Source of the DNA: Phoronis australis
Taxonomy: Eukaryota > Animalia > Phoronida
NCBI GenBank assembly: GCA_002633005.1
Contig: NMRA01000202.1
Span: 370,688 to 434,687, forward strand
Direction of reading: 5' to 3'
Length of the DNA stretch: 64,000 bases
The stretch's first letter is position 1. Each line of letters opens with the position of its first letter. Shown here in pieces: positions 24,101 to 38,240 of this stretch. The notes under the pieces were generated by a model that saw only the letters and a list, made by a program, of their open reading frames with translations, was not told the origin of the DNA and ran no database searches. The position numbers and the translations under genes were made by a program.

Positions 24101-26939
24101 TGCCTTCATCTTGCTTTGAGACCATCACGCAGCAACCAGTAATCTATTGCAGGTTGGTTCAAATGATGACGATGATGATGAGATTAATGAAATATCATTG
24201 TTTTGTGAACGCCATTGCGGTCTGTGAGAGGCTATCCCTGGCTATTTTGATATTACTGATTTTTTCGTTAGAAAATACGCTTTTAATGACAGGAGTTGCT
24301 CGATGTTCTGTCAGCTAATACATTTGTGAGGTTGCCATTATCAACAATGACTCAATTGTGCGTTCTTTAATAAGCCGTTTAACGCTTTAAAATCCGAAGC
24401 ATTCGGATCCTGCAGAATCTGTAATCATTTTATAATTAAATTTCCTTGTTATAGAAATACTCCATCAGACCTGCTGCACTCAGTGTAAGTTTTAAGATGC
24501 AGAATCGTGAGAATTTAATTACTGTTTATAGATTTGCGGTAAGTGAAATAACCGCTCGAATACGGTAAAAGATACCCGCCTTCCATTAAGAAGTATATGG
24601 TGACTGACCGCGGTTACCATTGTTGTAATCATTTGTCCATCCGTCTTCAACTACGCTTTTGAGTTTTGCCGGAATAGATACTAGATGTCGCAAGATAAAA
24701 AATAAACAACGAACCGATATAGATTATAGAAATATGAAAGGAAAAGTATCAGCACGTTTGAAAAAGCTTCTCGCTGCATTTAATAAAAAAGAAAACTGAA
24801 ATAAGTGTGAGAATGATTGAGAGTTGGTCTCTGGTTAATGTAGATTGGTAAGCCTGCTATCCCAAAAGCCAATAGGAAACGTCTCTGGATGGGAACTGGC
24901 AGCTAGGTATGGCAGAGGTACATGCAAACGCCATCCATCTGTCCAGTACATGCTTGAGACTATCATATGGTAGCATTTTCAGCTGCGATGCAAAATAAAT
25001 CGGTTCAAAATGTTATTTCAATTCACTAGAAATGAGGGTATGAATGACTCCAAAGCCAAATCGAGGTAGAAAACAAACTAGGAGATCTTCACCCTTCTAC
25101 AGAACCGAGTACCAAACTGCAGTGGTTCACCCACGATGGTGGCAATATGTCTTCTCCAACGTTAGGAAGCTCTATGAGCAGAATCGGGGGGGGGGACTAT
25201 GTCTGGGGCACCCCCTTCTTTCTGCATCCATTTTGTTTCTAATTCTGAGCCGCATACAAAATGACATCACACCTTTTTTGTTTTGTTTTGTTTTTGTTTA
25301 ATTTGAATATTTGTATTTTCAAGCTTAATCAAGCTTTATATTTATTGTACTATACGGTGACATAAAGCTGTGTTGTGTGTGGACTTTTGAAAAGAGTCGA
25401 AAAAGTAGTGTATGTAGAGAATGCCTTGGAAACTGCACTCGTTCTGATGTCGTTCTAAACTGATCTCGGGTCGCCTTTCAGCGTTATTGTGCACTTCTCC
25501 ACACTACCATTCAGTGTTCTGTTCTATGCTTTATGAACTCAATTGTTCTACTTGTGCGTGAGGGGTATAAAAAATGTATACTTTTGTGATTTTTATGAAT
25601 ATATCCAAAATTTGCATAAATATAAGACGGAAGCTAAGTAATAATTTAGAATAGAAAAATGTAACAGCACTTGAGAGATTTTATCGAAGACATTTATATC
25701 AAACAAAATTTGATCATGCTATTGATCTTGTTGTTTTTGTTATGATTGTACCTTTCGTTTTTGCTCTTATACTGAAAACACATGGTCACGTGACCCAAGC
25801 AGCTGTAGCTTGGTATATCGTCAGAAAAAACGTCTACTTTCACTAGGTTATACCCTGTAGTTTGAAGTCCCACATAACCTTTTAAGTTCTAGCATACGAC
25901 ATAGGGCAAATACTTATGTCCAGCTCGAGCGTGCCCTGCTGCCACAATTCACCTTTCATTTTCCCGTTATATCTGAAATCCTATCAGTTGATTTTGACAA
26001 ATAACAAGCACCAAGCGTTCGCGGCATTATAAGGTACGACAAGACGTGGATCGATTAAATATATTGAAAACATGTTTTAATGGCGACATTTTCGGCAACG
26101 ACAAACCGTACCGTGTTAGCAGTGCTTAACACTGTTTTGATGTCTTGAGTAATCTACATGTAATTCTTTATCTGAAGCATGAACTGCATTTCCACGTGTG
26201 ACGGTTCCATCGTTTTACGCGTTTTATAACTATTCAGATAATTTAGACGATCCGAGCCTTGAGAACTCAACATGTTAACGCAATTTGTCACGCAAAATTG
26301 GCAACTTAAGCATATCGCCAGAGTTGTCTTTGATTGCACTTTACGAACGAAGTTATTACAGCTGCTCTTGGTTTAATGGATAGGATTACTACTCGTTTGT
26401 CATACACGTAATGACGATGTATTCATGAAATGTTCGCATTAAGACATTTGACATGAGTTGTAACTTTTCTGTTTGTATGCAAAGATTCAGTAATACTGTT
26501 AATGGAGTAGACAAGCGTACACGAAATGTTTATTTCAATTTTCAAAGTCAAAGTACTTGTTGCTGCGTCGCTGCAATATTGTTTTTGCAAATTAGTGAAA
26601 ACATATTTTTTCACAGTCATCGAAAATGCATTGGGTACTATTCGCTTACAAACGTTCTCAGGATTCTTTTGTTCAAAGCTCACTTTGCTGTCGTATCACT
26701 GTATTTTACTGGTTCAAATCAATTCCATCGGACTTGCTTGAGTTGTAATTAACCGTTGCCTAGATCATGTTTATTGCAAAATGTCAAACTGTCAAAAGAC
26801 ATGATTTAGGATTAACCATAAGATAACTCAGGTAATAACACATGGTAGAATGCCACAATTATACCACGTTCGGATGTGGAATCGTCACCTTGACGTTACA
26901 ATTGGCAGTTTTAATGAAATCTATCAATCAGCTGTCTTC

Positions 26940-27200
26940 CTTCAATTCCTCAGATGGAACTGAAAAAGAAGGGGTGACCACTCATCTCGTTCGATGAGAT
27001 GTTGACTGTGATGAATCGTGGGAACTCTGGTCACGTAGGATCTCGAAACTGCCTCTATACTTTCATTACAGTCAACACCCCCTTGAAGGAGACGAGAGGT
27101 CTCCGAAACATCTAGGACATCAAAAAATAAGGTAGTTTAGCAGACCAATATCACCTTCTTAGATTGTTAGAGCCGGTTACGACAAAACAACCAGTAACTA
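26940..27200 (+). mobile_element. Possible Penelope-like 3' end with a hammerhead-like motif
   Basis: cc-ttgaa-ggagac-gagag-gtctcc-gaaac-atctagg (27081-27116) has a perfect stem II followed by GAAAC, but a non-canonical core. Confidence 0.4.
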
Positions 27201-28123
27201 AATGTTAATCAATCCTAAGGAAATCCGTGGGCGAAAAATTCATCAGAATACCTACAATGTACTTGGCTCGAACTGGGGTCGAGTGATAGGCGTACGCCGC
27301 CATTTTAGATTTGCCGAAGTGAAATTCATAAAGGGACGTGGAATAACTGTGAATGGACGAAGAATATGTGAACTTGCCACAGGCATACAGGGGCGATAGT
27401 AGATCCCCATAAAAAGTTACTCATTTCAATATGCAGCAAATAAAATCAATTGAAACATGCATATGTGCACATAGAGTTATAATTAGCACATATCCTGTCT
27501 CTGGATACAATTTAGTCTACAAATAACTTGAACATCTCCATGAAAACATCGCGGCACAGTAACCAAAAAGTGGAGTTGGAATTTTTCGCCAAAGTCACCT
27601 GAATTCCCCTAGCGACGCTTCATTGAAGATATGTTTAGAAGCAGAAAGCATCACTGAAGAAAGTAAGCGCCTTAGTAGGTGATAATTTTAGGTGTACAAT
27701 GTATTTTTGGCGCGGTGAAAACTTAATCAGTGAGCGGATTTCGCCTACCGCCCGTTTAAAATACACCGGACGAAATTAGTACAGAACGCGATGGAACGTA
27801 TTGTAGTGCGAATCTGAATTTCATTTGCCATAACAGCAATGCTTGTTTGGCATTTTTCACACTAAAAGATTAAAAACTCGAAGTAAACAACAGAATACAC
27901 TTTGCTACCGCATCGGGCAAATGGCCAAAGGACAAGGTTTTGCCTCACTTCCGGTGACGTCACAGTTAAGTCTCATAATTTCGCGTTATTGTTTTAAACT
28001 CGCAAAGGACTATTGAAAAACAAAGCCGACTATTCGACTGGGCTAAGCGTGTTGTACTGGTAGTGATTAACTCTGGTAAATAGTATAAACACAACAACGA
28101 ACTTGCAATATCAAAATGAGTAA

Positions 28124-28787
28124 GTAAAAGTGCTATACAGTTACAATATTCTGACAACTAAACTTGCGATTATATTAAAAAGGAATTTAGACACGGAAAA
28201 CTAATTGCCGGTCGTCTCCGGCGACTTGTTTGGCGGCTGATGGCCAACAATGAACGACGGAATAACTGGTAGCGAAATAACTTCAGAAAAAATTGGTGTG
28301 GTACCAAATGATATAATATGTGTATTAACGAATTTAAAGTAAAAGAAAGAATTCCNCTTAAAAACTCCAAAAAATCAAGCAATTCGACTCATTACTTTAC
28401 CAAAGCATGAAACGAGGAAACGACCGCTCCGTAAAACCGGAAGTTTTCTATCCTGCGTGTGCAGCGCCCTCTCATCGTTAGTGCTTATATCCCGTGGACC
28501 GCGACATGCGCAACGCGCTCTAACGGGAGTTGGCAGTCCCTATCTATAGTCTATGGTAAAAGTGCTATACAGTTACAATATCCTGACAACTAAACTTGCG
28601 ATTATATTAAAAAGGAATTTAGACACGGAAAACTAATTGCCGGTCGTCTCCGGCGACTTGTTTGGCGGCTGATGGCCAACAATGAACGACGGAATAACTG
28701 GTAGCGAAATAACTTCAGAAAAAATTGGTGTGGTACCAAATGATATAATATGTGTATTAACGAATTTAAAGTAAAAGAAAGAATTCC
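28124..28787. repeat. 232-bp near-identical duplication (28124-28355 and 28556-28787) next to an N gap
   Basis: One substitution seen between the copies; an N lies at 28356, directly after copy 1. Confidence 0.9.
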
Positions 28788-29214
28788 CATTGAGCTTGAA
28801 GCATTCGTCTAAGCTACTACCCGACAGAGCCCGACCTGCATGGCATGGCTGCGTGGACATCTGTGCTCCGCCCCGCAGAATGAATGCATTAATTAGCTCC
28901 GCGGGCCTTGGATAGCTGGTATTCATGTGATCAAGAGATAAAATCCTGCAATTTGGTACATTTGCCGACATTCAGCTCATGCACTACAGTTCACTACATT
29001 CCCTCCCTCCCCGTTTGCGTTTTCAAACAACGGAGGTGTCTGTTGAAAGTTTTTGTCACGTTTTGAAATGTGTTTTGTATTATAATTGAAAACTAAAGTC
29101 AATTTAGCAAGTGATTACTATCCTGGCGTAGTGACACAATTCAATTGCCGGGGAAACTTCGCCAGTTGTCGTGTCCGGGCAGCAATAATCAAGCACAGGT
29201 GCGCGTTATTGTAA

Positions 29215-31045
29215 TTCAGATGAGGAGCGCACCGTTTTGAGATAAAATAGGTTTTGTTTGTTGAAATATCGCCGTGTGTGGATGTTTTCTTCTACTTTGC
29301 ATTTTAGCGCCAGTAAAGCAGATGCCGATTTGCTGCCAAGTTACACGGAAATGCGCTCACACGTCCGGGTAGTCACACGGCAATTGCCCGTATTTTGCAT
29401 CACTTTCACGATATGGCGATAAAGAAAAGACATTTGGCGATATACAAAGGTTTTTCCTTTAATTTATTACAGTACTGTTGCTGAAATTTGACAGACCCTC
29501 CCGATGAGTCAGGGCTGACCTCAGTATTGTTGGCTGCGGGAGATACAACGTATTCACAAATTTATGTGTTGCATTAAATACCTCTCGCCATATGCAAATC
29601 ACAGATAAAGTTGGACAATAATTAATCAAATTTGTATCAAAAGAACCAAAATGAGAATCAAAAACAACTAAACAAAATAACAACGCTTTTACACTAACGG
29701 TGACAACATGGCCGTCATTCAGGAATGGCTCCTTAACTGATGCACGTGCACTCAGGAGGCGAAAATAGAAGGGAATAGTCGATGATTTCTGACCTTGGCC
29801 AAGGTACAAAACTGTGCTCAAAAAGTCCTGGTTTGATAACGAAAAGGAGATAAACATTGTGCCATGTTACATATTACTTACTTTAATATAGTTTTTGAAC
29901 TAAATTACACATTGAGATAACGATTTTAAAATAGAATGAGAACTGAAAGCTGTGCACCAGAAAGTGGTTGTTCGTGGACTGGGCTGCATTACTCATTAAG
30001 CGGACCGATTAGTCGTTAGCGCCACTTAGCATCATCGTAATGTATTGAGATGATACTTTTACAGCATCCGATCTTATTGTATGAGGCAGATACCAGGGGC
30101 GGATCCAGGATTTTGAGTTAGGTGCGGCCAGTGAGGGCAGAGTATTAGCTAGGATTTTGCCCGTCAGACATTCGCACTCCGGAACTGTCAATTAATGGAA
30201 TGTGGGAAAATTTAGGGGTGAGGGTATCGTTCCCTTGCCCCCCCCCCCCGAAATCCGCCACTGGATACAACATTTTATCTTGACGTAACCTTTTCATCTT
30301 TAAGAGAGTGTCTCATTCAAGTGTTAAAGACCTAGTCGCATGTCATTTCAGTGGTTATTAGGATGTCAAAACATGTTCTAACGAAGCTATCAATAACCAC
30401 ATGCTATTGATAAAACTCAGAAACCAACCACATTTTGAAATGTCTTTTCAACGTACAAATGCCACATCACTTTCAACCACTCCGAACTCCCAATTAACTG
30501 TGGCATGCGTGTCGTTACTTTCACTTGATGTGAGGTTAGTTGAGCATGCGCAATGAAGCAACTTAGGCGGTTGAAGCTTTTTTAAAACGGGAGAGTGCAT
30601 GGGCGGTGCACCATAGGGGGCTGAGGGGGCTATAGCCTCCCCACTTTTTTCAGTGCTATTCCTCCCATGGTCTATGGGCGGTGCACCACGGGGGGGGGGG
30701 CTGGGGGATATATCCCCGCTTTTTTCAGTGTTGCGCCTCCCATGGAGTGAGCTGTGGACCTCGAGGCATACTGCCTAGATCAGATGATTCCGTTTATCTA
30801 TGGTTGTCTTTTCACTAAACGAACATTAAGGTAATCATCGATGCCTGTAATAATTTAGGTGATGAACGCACCGTTTTGAGGCACAACGTTGCTTTTTGTT
30901 AAAGAAATCACCAATTTTAGCGGCTAGCAAGTCCGGTGCAGATTTGCTGCTTAGTTACTGTTGGAAGGTGAATGCCGCAATTGCCAAATACTTTCCTTTA
31001 GTTGCATGATACGGCGATGAAGTAAAGAGACTTACCGATCTACAG
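29215..31045 (+). repeat. Two diverged copies of a dispersed repeat (~29215-29450 and ~30855-31045)
   Basis: Shared blocks cgcaccgttttgag, ttttagcg, gatttgctgc, gcaattgcc and gata-ggcgat-aag occur in the same order. Confidence 0.6.
30094..30263. mobile_element. MITE with a 5-bp TSD (hAT5-like)
   Basis: GATAC|CAGGGGCGGATCCAG...ATCCGCCACTG|GATAC. Confidence 0.85.
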
Positions 31046-31229
31046 GAGATCAACAGAAGACACAACGTATTTACAACTAGATTAACCCCTTAAGATAAGG
31101 TCTTTATTGTATTCACTGAACATATGTCACGTCACACTGATTCTTAATAGTATCTGTTGACTGTTTAAATATGGAACTATCAAATTACCACGTGGGCGTC
31201 AGTTCTACCGCCGTTACAACTGCCGTTAA

Positions 31230-32072
31230 ATTCATTGCAGCCGTCAACACAATCATCTTCACCGTCATAACGGTCATAACCGTCATCATCCTCATCGTCA
31301 TCATCACTATCGCCATCACCGTCATCTTCATCTCCACCATCTTCATCACCACCATCAACATAATCGTGATCATAATCATCATAATAATAATAATCATCAT
31401 CATCATTGCCACCGCTATCATCATCACCATCATCATCAGCAATATCATCGCCATCATCATCATAACTGTCATCAACATCTCCAAAATCGTCACCACCGTC
31501 ATCATCACGACTGTCATTATCACCAAAATCATCACAACAATCATCGTCACCACCACTATAACCACCATCATCACCACTTTCACCACCACCATCATCATCA
31601 TCATCTGCACCATCATCATCACCACTGTCATCATCATCGATATCATCATCACTGTCACCATAATAATCATCGTCATCACCAACATAAACACCATCACCAC
31701 CATTTTCGTTATCTCCATCATCATCACCATCATCATCACCATCATCATATACACCATCGTCATCACAATCGTCATCATCATCAATATCATCATCACCATG
31801 ATCATAATAATGATCATCATCACCACCGTCACCACCACCAGCATCATCATTGTCATCATCGCTGCCATCAACAACATCGCCATCTCCGCTATCATCATCA
31901 TCATCTTGTTTGATATCATCGTCGTCATCCTTACAATCATCGTCGTCGTCGTCGTAATCATGATCGGCGGATCATTCCATCGCCACCACCACAACCTAGA
32001 ATATTCATCATCGCCATCACAGCCAATACAACTACAGGCGTCATGTATCATCATCGTTATTATCATCAACAT
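31230..32072. repeat. Degenerate (CAT/CAC/CGT)n trinucleotide repeat
   Basis: About 840 bp of atc/acc/gtc triplets; it produces the Ile/Thr-rich and Met/Val-rich pseudo-ORFs. Confidence 0.95.
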
Positions 32073-32320
32073 CGACTTCGTATGTCTACATTTACTTTAT
32101 AATAATTGTTTCCAACTGTCTGCATCTTCAAGGATCACGTCTTTATTTTAATCCGATTGAGGCTTCAGTGCTCTACCCTTCGTTAGGAAGTAATGGTACA
32201 GATAAACTTGTTACTTGAAACTGGGCATGGCACGTATCAGGATAGACAGGAAATATAAGTAAGCCGGTCAACCTCAAAACATCGAGTCAGAAAATTAATG
32301 CATTTGTCATTTTAGTTCAG

Positions 32321-32721
32321 GGCCCGGTCTCTAATCTTTTTACTCGAAATGAAACTCGAAATTAGGTTTGGCATTTTCTACTCTACTTTTGGGCGAACTC
32401 AAGATAATTGTCTATTATTCTATGCTCGAGTACACAATAACTTACGTAGTTAATTTATTGCCCTTAGTTCACAGTTTGTAAACTAAATATTAAAGCAATA
32501 AGTTCGAGTTTGAACTCGAAATTTCGAGTTTTTACTCGAGTTTGTAGCACAAATATAAGGGTCTTCAAGGGCAAACTTGAACTAGAAACTCCTATGCATA
32601 AACTATAATGTATTCGAGCACAGTCTGATAACCAATTATCTTAAGTTCGCATTAAAGGAGCAGAGAAATTGCCAAACATAGTTTCGAGTTCGTTTCGAGT
32701 ACAAAGATTAGAGACCGGGCC
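32321..32721. mobile_element. PIF/Harbinger-like MITE with long TIRs and a 3-bp TSD
   Basis: CAG|GGCCCGGTCTCTAATCTTT...AAAGATTAGAGACCGGGCC|CAG. Confidence 0.88.
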
Positions 32722-33786
32722 CAGAATTGACTCGATATTTTAATTATAAAATAAGATTGACAACAAGGCTGTCCTTAATTAATTCGTAGCCTACTTTGTG
32801 TATTCTTGAAATGTCGTTCTTGACAAAGTTAACGCCATCGGCGCTTTGAAGACTTGAGGAAAAAAGATTTTGTGCGGTTTCGTAAACGCGCCCACCACCA
32901 AGATACACCGCACACTAGTTTGCCAATATGAATGAAGGAGCCCCAAAAAGATGTGAAATCATGACATGAGGACAGGAAAATGCTCAACAACTTTCTCGCA
33001 TCTCACTTCCGCTGATTCAAGAATTTTTTTCCTTACCCGTGAAACAGCATTTTTGCCGTGTGTGAACATGAAACTAGCATTTTCTTGTCCTTAAAAAATT
33101 TTCTATTATTTCATTATGCCGCGAGTTTGAAATTAATCCAAATTCATGAACGGGAACGAAAATAGCCACATTTCTGAGATGCCGGCGACGTGTCAAAACT
33201 TTCTGTCCTTAGATGGCGACACTGTATTTTGTGTGCAAACTAACAACGACACCAACAGAACAAATCCACCACTTTCTTCAATTTTTTTTCAAAATACCAC
33301 TCCGTCTAACCACCATTGCTATACTATGGAATGTTGAAAATATTCAGGTAAAAAGCCTGGCGTAGTCAAATGCCCATGCATCGAAGAAAATATGCATTGG
33401 TTTTGCTCTGCTAGGTCATGATTCGCAGGTCAATACGAGACTGGAAAAATCACTTTTGTAGCCATTTTGTAGGGTGGGGATAGATTTCGTCTTGATGCAA
33501 CCTAGCAATGTTCTTTATAACGGTAAAGAGTAAATGTTTAAACTTGCACATTGCAATGAAATTTGACCTTTGAACTTGGCTGATTCTGTACATTGGACAT
33601 GCAACATTTTAAAAATAAAGAAATTGGAAGATTATCTGAGGTGATACTGCAAATAATATTTCCAAATGTTGCATTAAGTTATAAAAACGCACACAGTTTT
33701 TATTTTTCCACTAAAACAAAAATTCAAGACAAATTTCTGAATTCACCTGGTGGTCCAGTTTGGAACTACCATTTTAAACATTTTGA

Positions 33787-35403
33787 AGTAGAATGCCACC
33801 CAAAAAACAACCTATTTTGTATCAATTTAGATCGAGTAGTTCCACTCGATAACAGCAAGTTCAGTTGTTTTACCTGACACCTAACGGCAGACGGTGGTAT
33901 TGAAATTAACCAATGACGTAATCGGTTCGAACTCAGTCTGTTCAGCCGTTCACAGCACGCTTACTGGTGTCAACTTATCACTTGAATTATCGTGTTACAC
34001 CAATAAATCATCAAAATTCGATGTAAACCCCTTACAAATACATCGAGGTGTTGTTTATTTCACTGTTACGGATTTATAGGTATTTGAATGTTCCGTAGCC
34101 TACAGAGTTCGCCGTAAGCCAATTTACCATGGTCGATCGCGGGAGTTTGAGTCTGTTTGGTGATACGTTTGAATCATTCTTCCGCGAAATACAGACGGGG
34201 GAGCATAGGTGTGTGTTGTACGTTTAGACTTAAGATTTTTTCAGTTCTAAACACACAAAACGCTTGTGGCTCGGAACCCGATCAGGCCCGTCGCGGCCGG
34301 CCGGGGACATGACACTCACGAACATAAACCAGCTTAAATTGGAAACTAAACCGCCAGGCACGAAAAGACTATAACAGAGAGCCAAAGAAATAATGTGCAC
34401 GTAATTATTTAGGTGAATAAGCCACGAAACTGAAAATCTACTTACTTGTCGGGGGCCGCGAAATCAGGTTCCCCTTCAGTCCACAGAACCCGTTGTACAG
34501 TAACAATGATTTGAATAATATTCCCCTAACATGTGACCATAATATATAAAATCGACTTATTGTTTCACGACAGCTTTTTGTCAGCAATCACTGGATTAGC
34601 ATGCGCTCACACGGCCTCGGTGCCCGGTCAATTACCTTTATTGCATCTAATTCCGGTGACGTAGTGGTTTATTCACTGCTGGCTTCTCAAAACATTTGAA
34701 CTCATGAATACTCCAAAGGCATCATAAATTGTATCTATTGAGACAGAATTTGTTTCAGTTTTTATAAGCATTGGTTAGGGTGAGAATAATTCAGAACGAA
34801 ACAGAACGCAGAATAATAAACGTCTACATGGCAATTCTCCCGGCGCCAATCCCGACTTAAGTCAAGAGCTCATCCGACAAAGACTTCACGGGTCGGATCA
34901 TTAGGTTTCACAGGCTATCAGTTCAAACCGAAATACACCGTCAAGAAATACTAGATAGGCTTCGTGAACATGTACAGGCAACGGAAAGTATGGATAGTTT
35001 TTTGGTAAGCCGGAATTCGTCAGAGAATTCACTGCCGACGAAATGCCGGCCACAGACACGGAGATGTTTCACGGCCTCACATTAATGGCTATTAACAGCA
35101 TACTTTTCATTCTTCACTACCGCAAGCCACTACCTAAGCATTTTGGGCTCTCGAGGAAGTCTAAAAAACGATATACCCGCTTTCTTCGCAGCTTCATACT
35201 TCGGACAAGCGGGAACTATGCACCTCGATATAGCGACATTCACTCTGCAGACGAACCACTGACGTGGCTGCGTAGTTTCTCACCTTCCTCACAGGTTAAC
35301 GCGACACCTCTTGGCAAGGTGAGGTCGACTGTATAAGAGGCGATGTGGATATTGACCAATTAAGACGATAAAAAAGACTAATTAAATCGGGCAGCATTAT
35401 CCT
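33787..35403 (-). mobile_element. Kolobok-type element copy A2, an inverted diverged copy of 8332-9828
   Basis: End-to-end reverse-complement similarity to copy A1; ends are TTGA|AGTAGAATGCCACCC...GCATTATCCT|TTAA; a THAP relic lies on the minus strand at ~34990-35240. Confidence 0.88.
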
Positions 35404-37869
35404 TTAATACTGCTTTTGAAGTTGTAAAAAAAAACGTACAACCAAACTGGCGATGTTGCTGGACAACTTGATAAAACATTTGCATATCTTTTATGTGTCT
35501 AATTGGAAAGTGATTGTTTTCCAAAACCGCCATTACATTTACACGAGAAAGTGTTAAAGATTTTTAGAATTTTACTTCCAGATTTTCCCACCCTGTTAAT
35601 CAAGAACGTTCTAACAGTTACTTACATCAGCTCTCGAAATTTTTTTATTATTACAATAGTTTGGTTATCAAAACTGAAATTAAAATAAATTGAAATAAAA
35701 ATATTTGGCGAGTTTGGCCATTGTGTAGTTCCCAGACGTTACTGACCCGTTGTCCTGGTAGCAAGGTTTAACCAAATCTATACGCTAGAGGAACTCCAAA
35801 AATCCAACATGGATTTACAAAAGGGATTAAAGAGTTCTTAAATGGAACATACTTCACAAGGTGACACAAATGTATGATTATGTAGATTGGGTTAAATATG
35901 ATGGCTGCCAATGATGACACTGAACGTACACTCACATTTTATTACGGTAAAAATCAAAAAGATTGGAACTAGAGTTTTAAAAAGTGGGACGTGTACGTAA
36001 TTTGGCAGCAGAAAGGTTCTCTCCCACTAATCTTACAAAAATCACTTATGTGAAAACAGCTACCGGTATCAATAATACACTGCAATGTTTCTTGCATTGG
36101 ATATCAACAGATAGGTAAGACTTGGCGATGCGATATAAATTATGTGTAATGTTATATACAGTAGCTCTGGTCAAAGCTAATGACTTCCACAAGTCGAGAG
36201 TCGCTTTGTGTCGAAACTTTGCTGTGGTAACCATTGACTTCGGTTATGAAACTGCATGAAAAAGCTGGCTCTAAGAGCTAATGAAAGATTTTAGCCCTTA
36301 TGTATTTGTTTGACCTTTTAGAGTCCTTAATAGGCCAAGGTTAAATATTATACATGTATATAGTAAGTTTACAATATCACATGTTGTCCCGATACCACGG
36401 TTCGACTGTTAATGAATTGTTGAAATGCCCAATACTATTGCTTGATATTTGCATTTTTAATGGTTGTTGGGATAATCATACATCTGTCGCAAATGCGGAT
36501 TAAGGTACTTTGCACGTAATGAGCTATTCACGAATCTGGCCATGTTCCGAGCATGTAAAGCGGCAGTGTCTAACAGTCCACGCGTTAATTTATGCCTACG
36601 TGTAATTAGTAACACTCTAACTTGTTCTGTGGAAAGCATCAACTTTCTTGCCTAGCTTTTGTTAGAGTCCTGATAGTCTTCAATGCACCAATTATTAGTT
36701 TTTGACCTGCTCAGTGTGAGATTGTTATGTGTCCTATATTCTTTTCACGCTGAAGCATCGTCAGCTAATGTACTTTGAATACACAATGAATTAATCGCAG
36801 AAAATAGATAATCTTATCCATTATTCTACATAAATTGTCACGTTCCTCTACTTGAACATCAAAATCAATACGAGGAACGATTTGAAACATGGTAATCAGT
36901 AGTTCTCGATGTCTCTGCTGCTCCTAAGATATAACAATATATTTGAAAAAGGTGTTCACATATTTCTGTTTATGAGCCGCAACGAATCCTTTTGAGCTCA
37001 GTTTCAAAGACAAGGCACATTTGAAGATATCAACTGCTGTCTGGGGTCAAACTCAACAGTGTTGCTAAAATGCGGGTTTTACGATCATTTGATAATTCGA
37101 AATTGTTATTGCTCCGATTTAATTGTAACTGTATATTTATAAAGACGTCATCACGATGAAACCACGGAACTCGTGACTGCTCAGAATTTATGTCACTATA
37201 AGATGACAGGCCGGCAGAATTTCATTATCGTGGATCCCGAAGCATAAATGCTACTGAATAAAATTAACAGATCCGGAAAATTCAATAAGCAACGCACTTT
37301 TTTAATTTTTCAATTCAAAAATCGAGATCCAGATAATTAATTTATTGCATAACAGAATGAAACTGAAAAAACCTCGACATGTGTCGTCATAAATTCACTG
37401 CAGCCAACGACACTCCTCTTTAAAGATGGTAGGCCTTGGTTCGGTAGATAAGCGTGCATTCGGCCTCATGTGCATGTAACCTGCAATAGATTCCTTAATT
37501 GGAAATTTACTGAGTTCCTTGTCAAATTTGTTGTAGTTCATTTACGCATTCTAAAAGGATAAATGGAATTCATAAAACATCATATATTTGTTATTTTGTC
37601 TTTAATTTTCTGTACCCCTTCAATTATTCGGAGTTAATTTACACTTAAACGGTTCTAAGCTTGCTTTAACCAGTGCATTACGAAGACAATACTGTTGATC
37701 TAAAAGTATAAGAGAAGGTTCGTCATAATTTCCGGAGGAAATAAGTAAAGTTGTTCAATACTCAGAGTGCGTGCTAGCTGCTTCTCGCGTTTCGAATTGC
37801 ACTCTACGGTCCTTTGTCAAACGGTGCGTGTCGTTTTCCGCGTATTTTTGGCCCGGATGTAGTACAGCA

Positions 37870-38240
37870 TTGTATATGGGAGTAAAGTGGAGTCCCTGGT
37901 CACAATTCATCAATACCTTCATGAAGCCATGAGCACCTTGAGAAGCCAGCTCCAGCTAGTTCAGCCCATAGTTCCGTTTTCCAAGCAGAGGCTTTGCAGT
38001 TTCTAAAGTTGCAAAGAAACTGCTCGAAAAGGAAATCCAAAGTAAATCTGTAGTTATCCTGTCGTCTGATAACCAGGCAGCTATTAAAGCCTTAAAAGTT
38101 GCGAAGTCACGCGATGTTCAGCAATGTGTCGCTAACATTAATAAGTTAGGTTCATACATGTATAACCAATCCCATTTGCCTGGACGCCTGGACACAATGG
38201 CACCCAGGGTAATGAGATGAGTGATATTAAAGCACAGTGT
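37870..38240 (+). pseudogene. RNase H domain fragment of a non-LTR retrotransposon
   Basis: HSSVFQAEA...VILSSDNQAAIKAL...VQQCVANINKLG...FAWTPGHNGTQGNEMSDIKA matches the non-LTR RNase HI motifs (SVFxAE, SDSxAA, WxPGHxGxxGNExAD). Confidence 0.88.

Noticed and set aside
23470-24420. Possible minus-strand exons (AG/GT signals near 23550 and 23900)
   Set aside because: In-frame stops and no recognisable protein similarity.
31171-32151. 326-aa and 295-aa ORFs, the longest in the track
   Set aside because: Low-complexity (CAT)n-type repeat that lacks stops in those frames; no domain signal.
35770-36650. Coding-looking stretch, including ORF 36457-36642
   Set aside because: Multiple stops and no family I could recognise; left unassigned.
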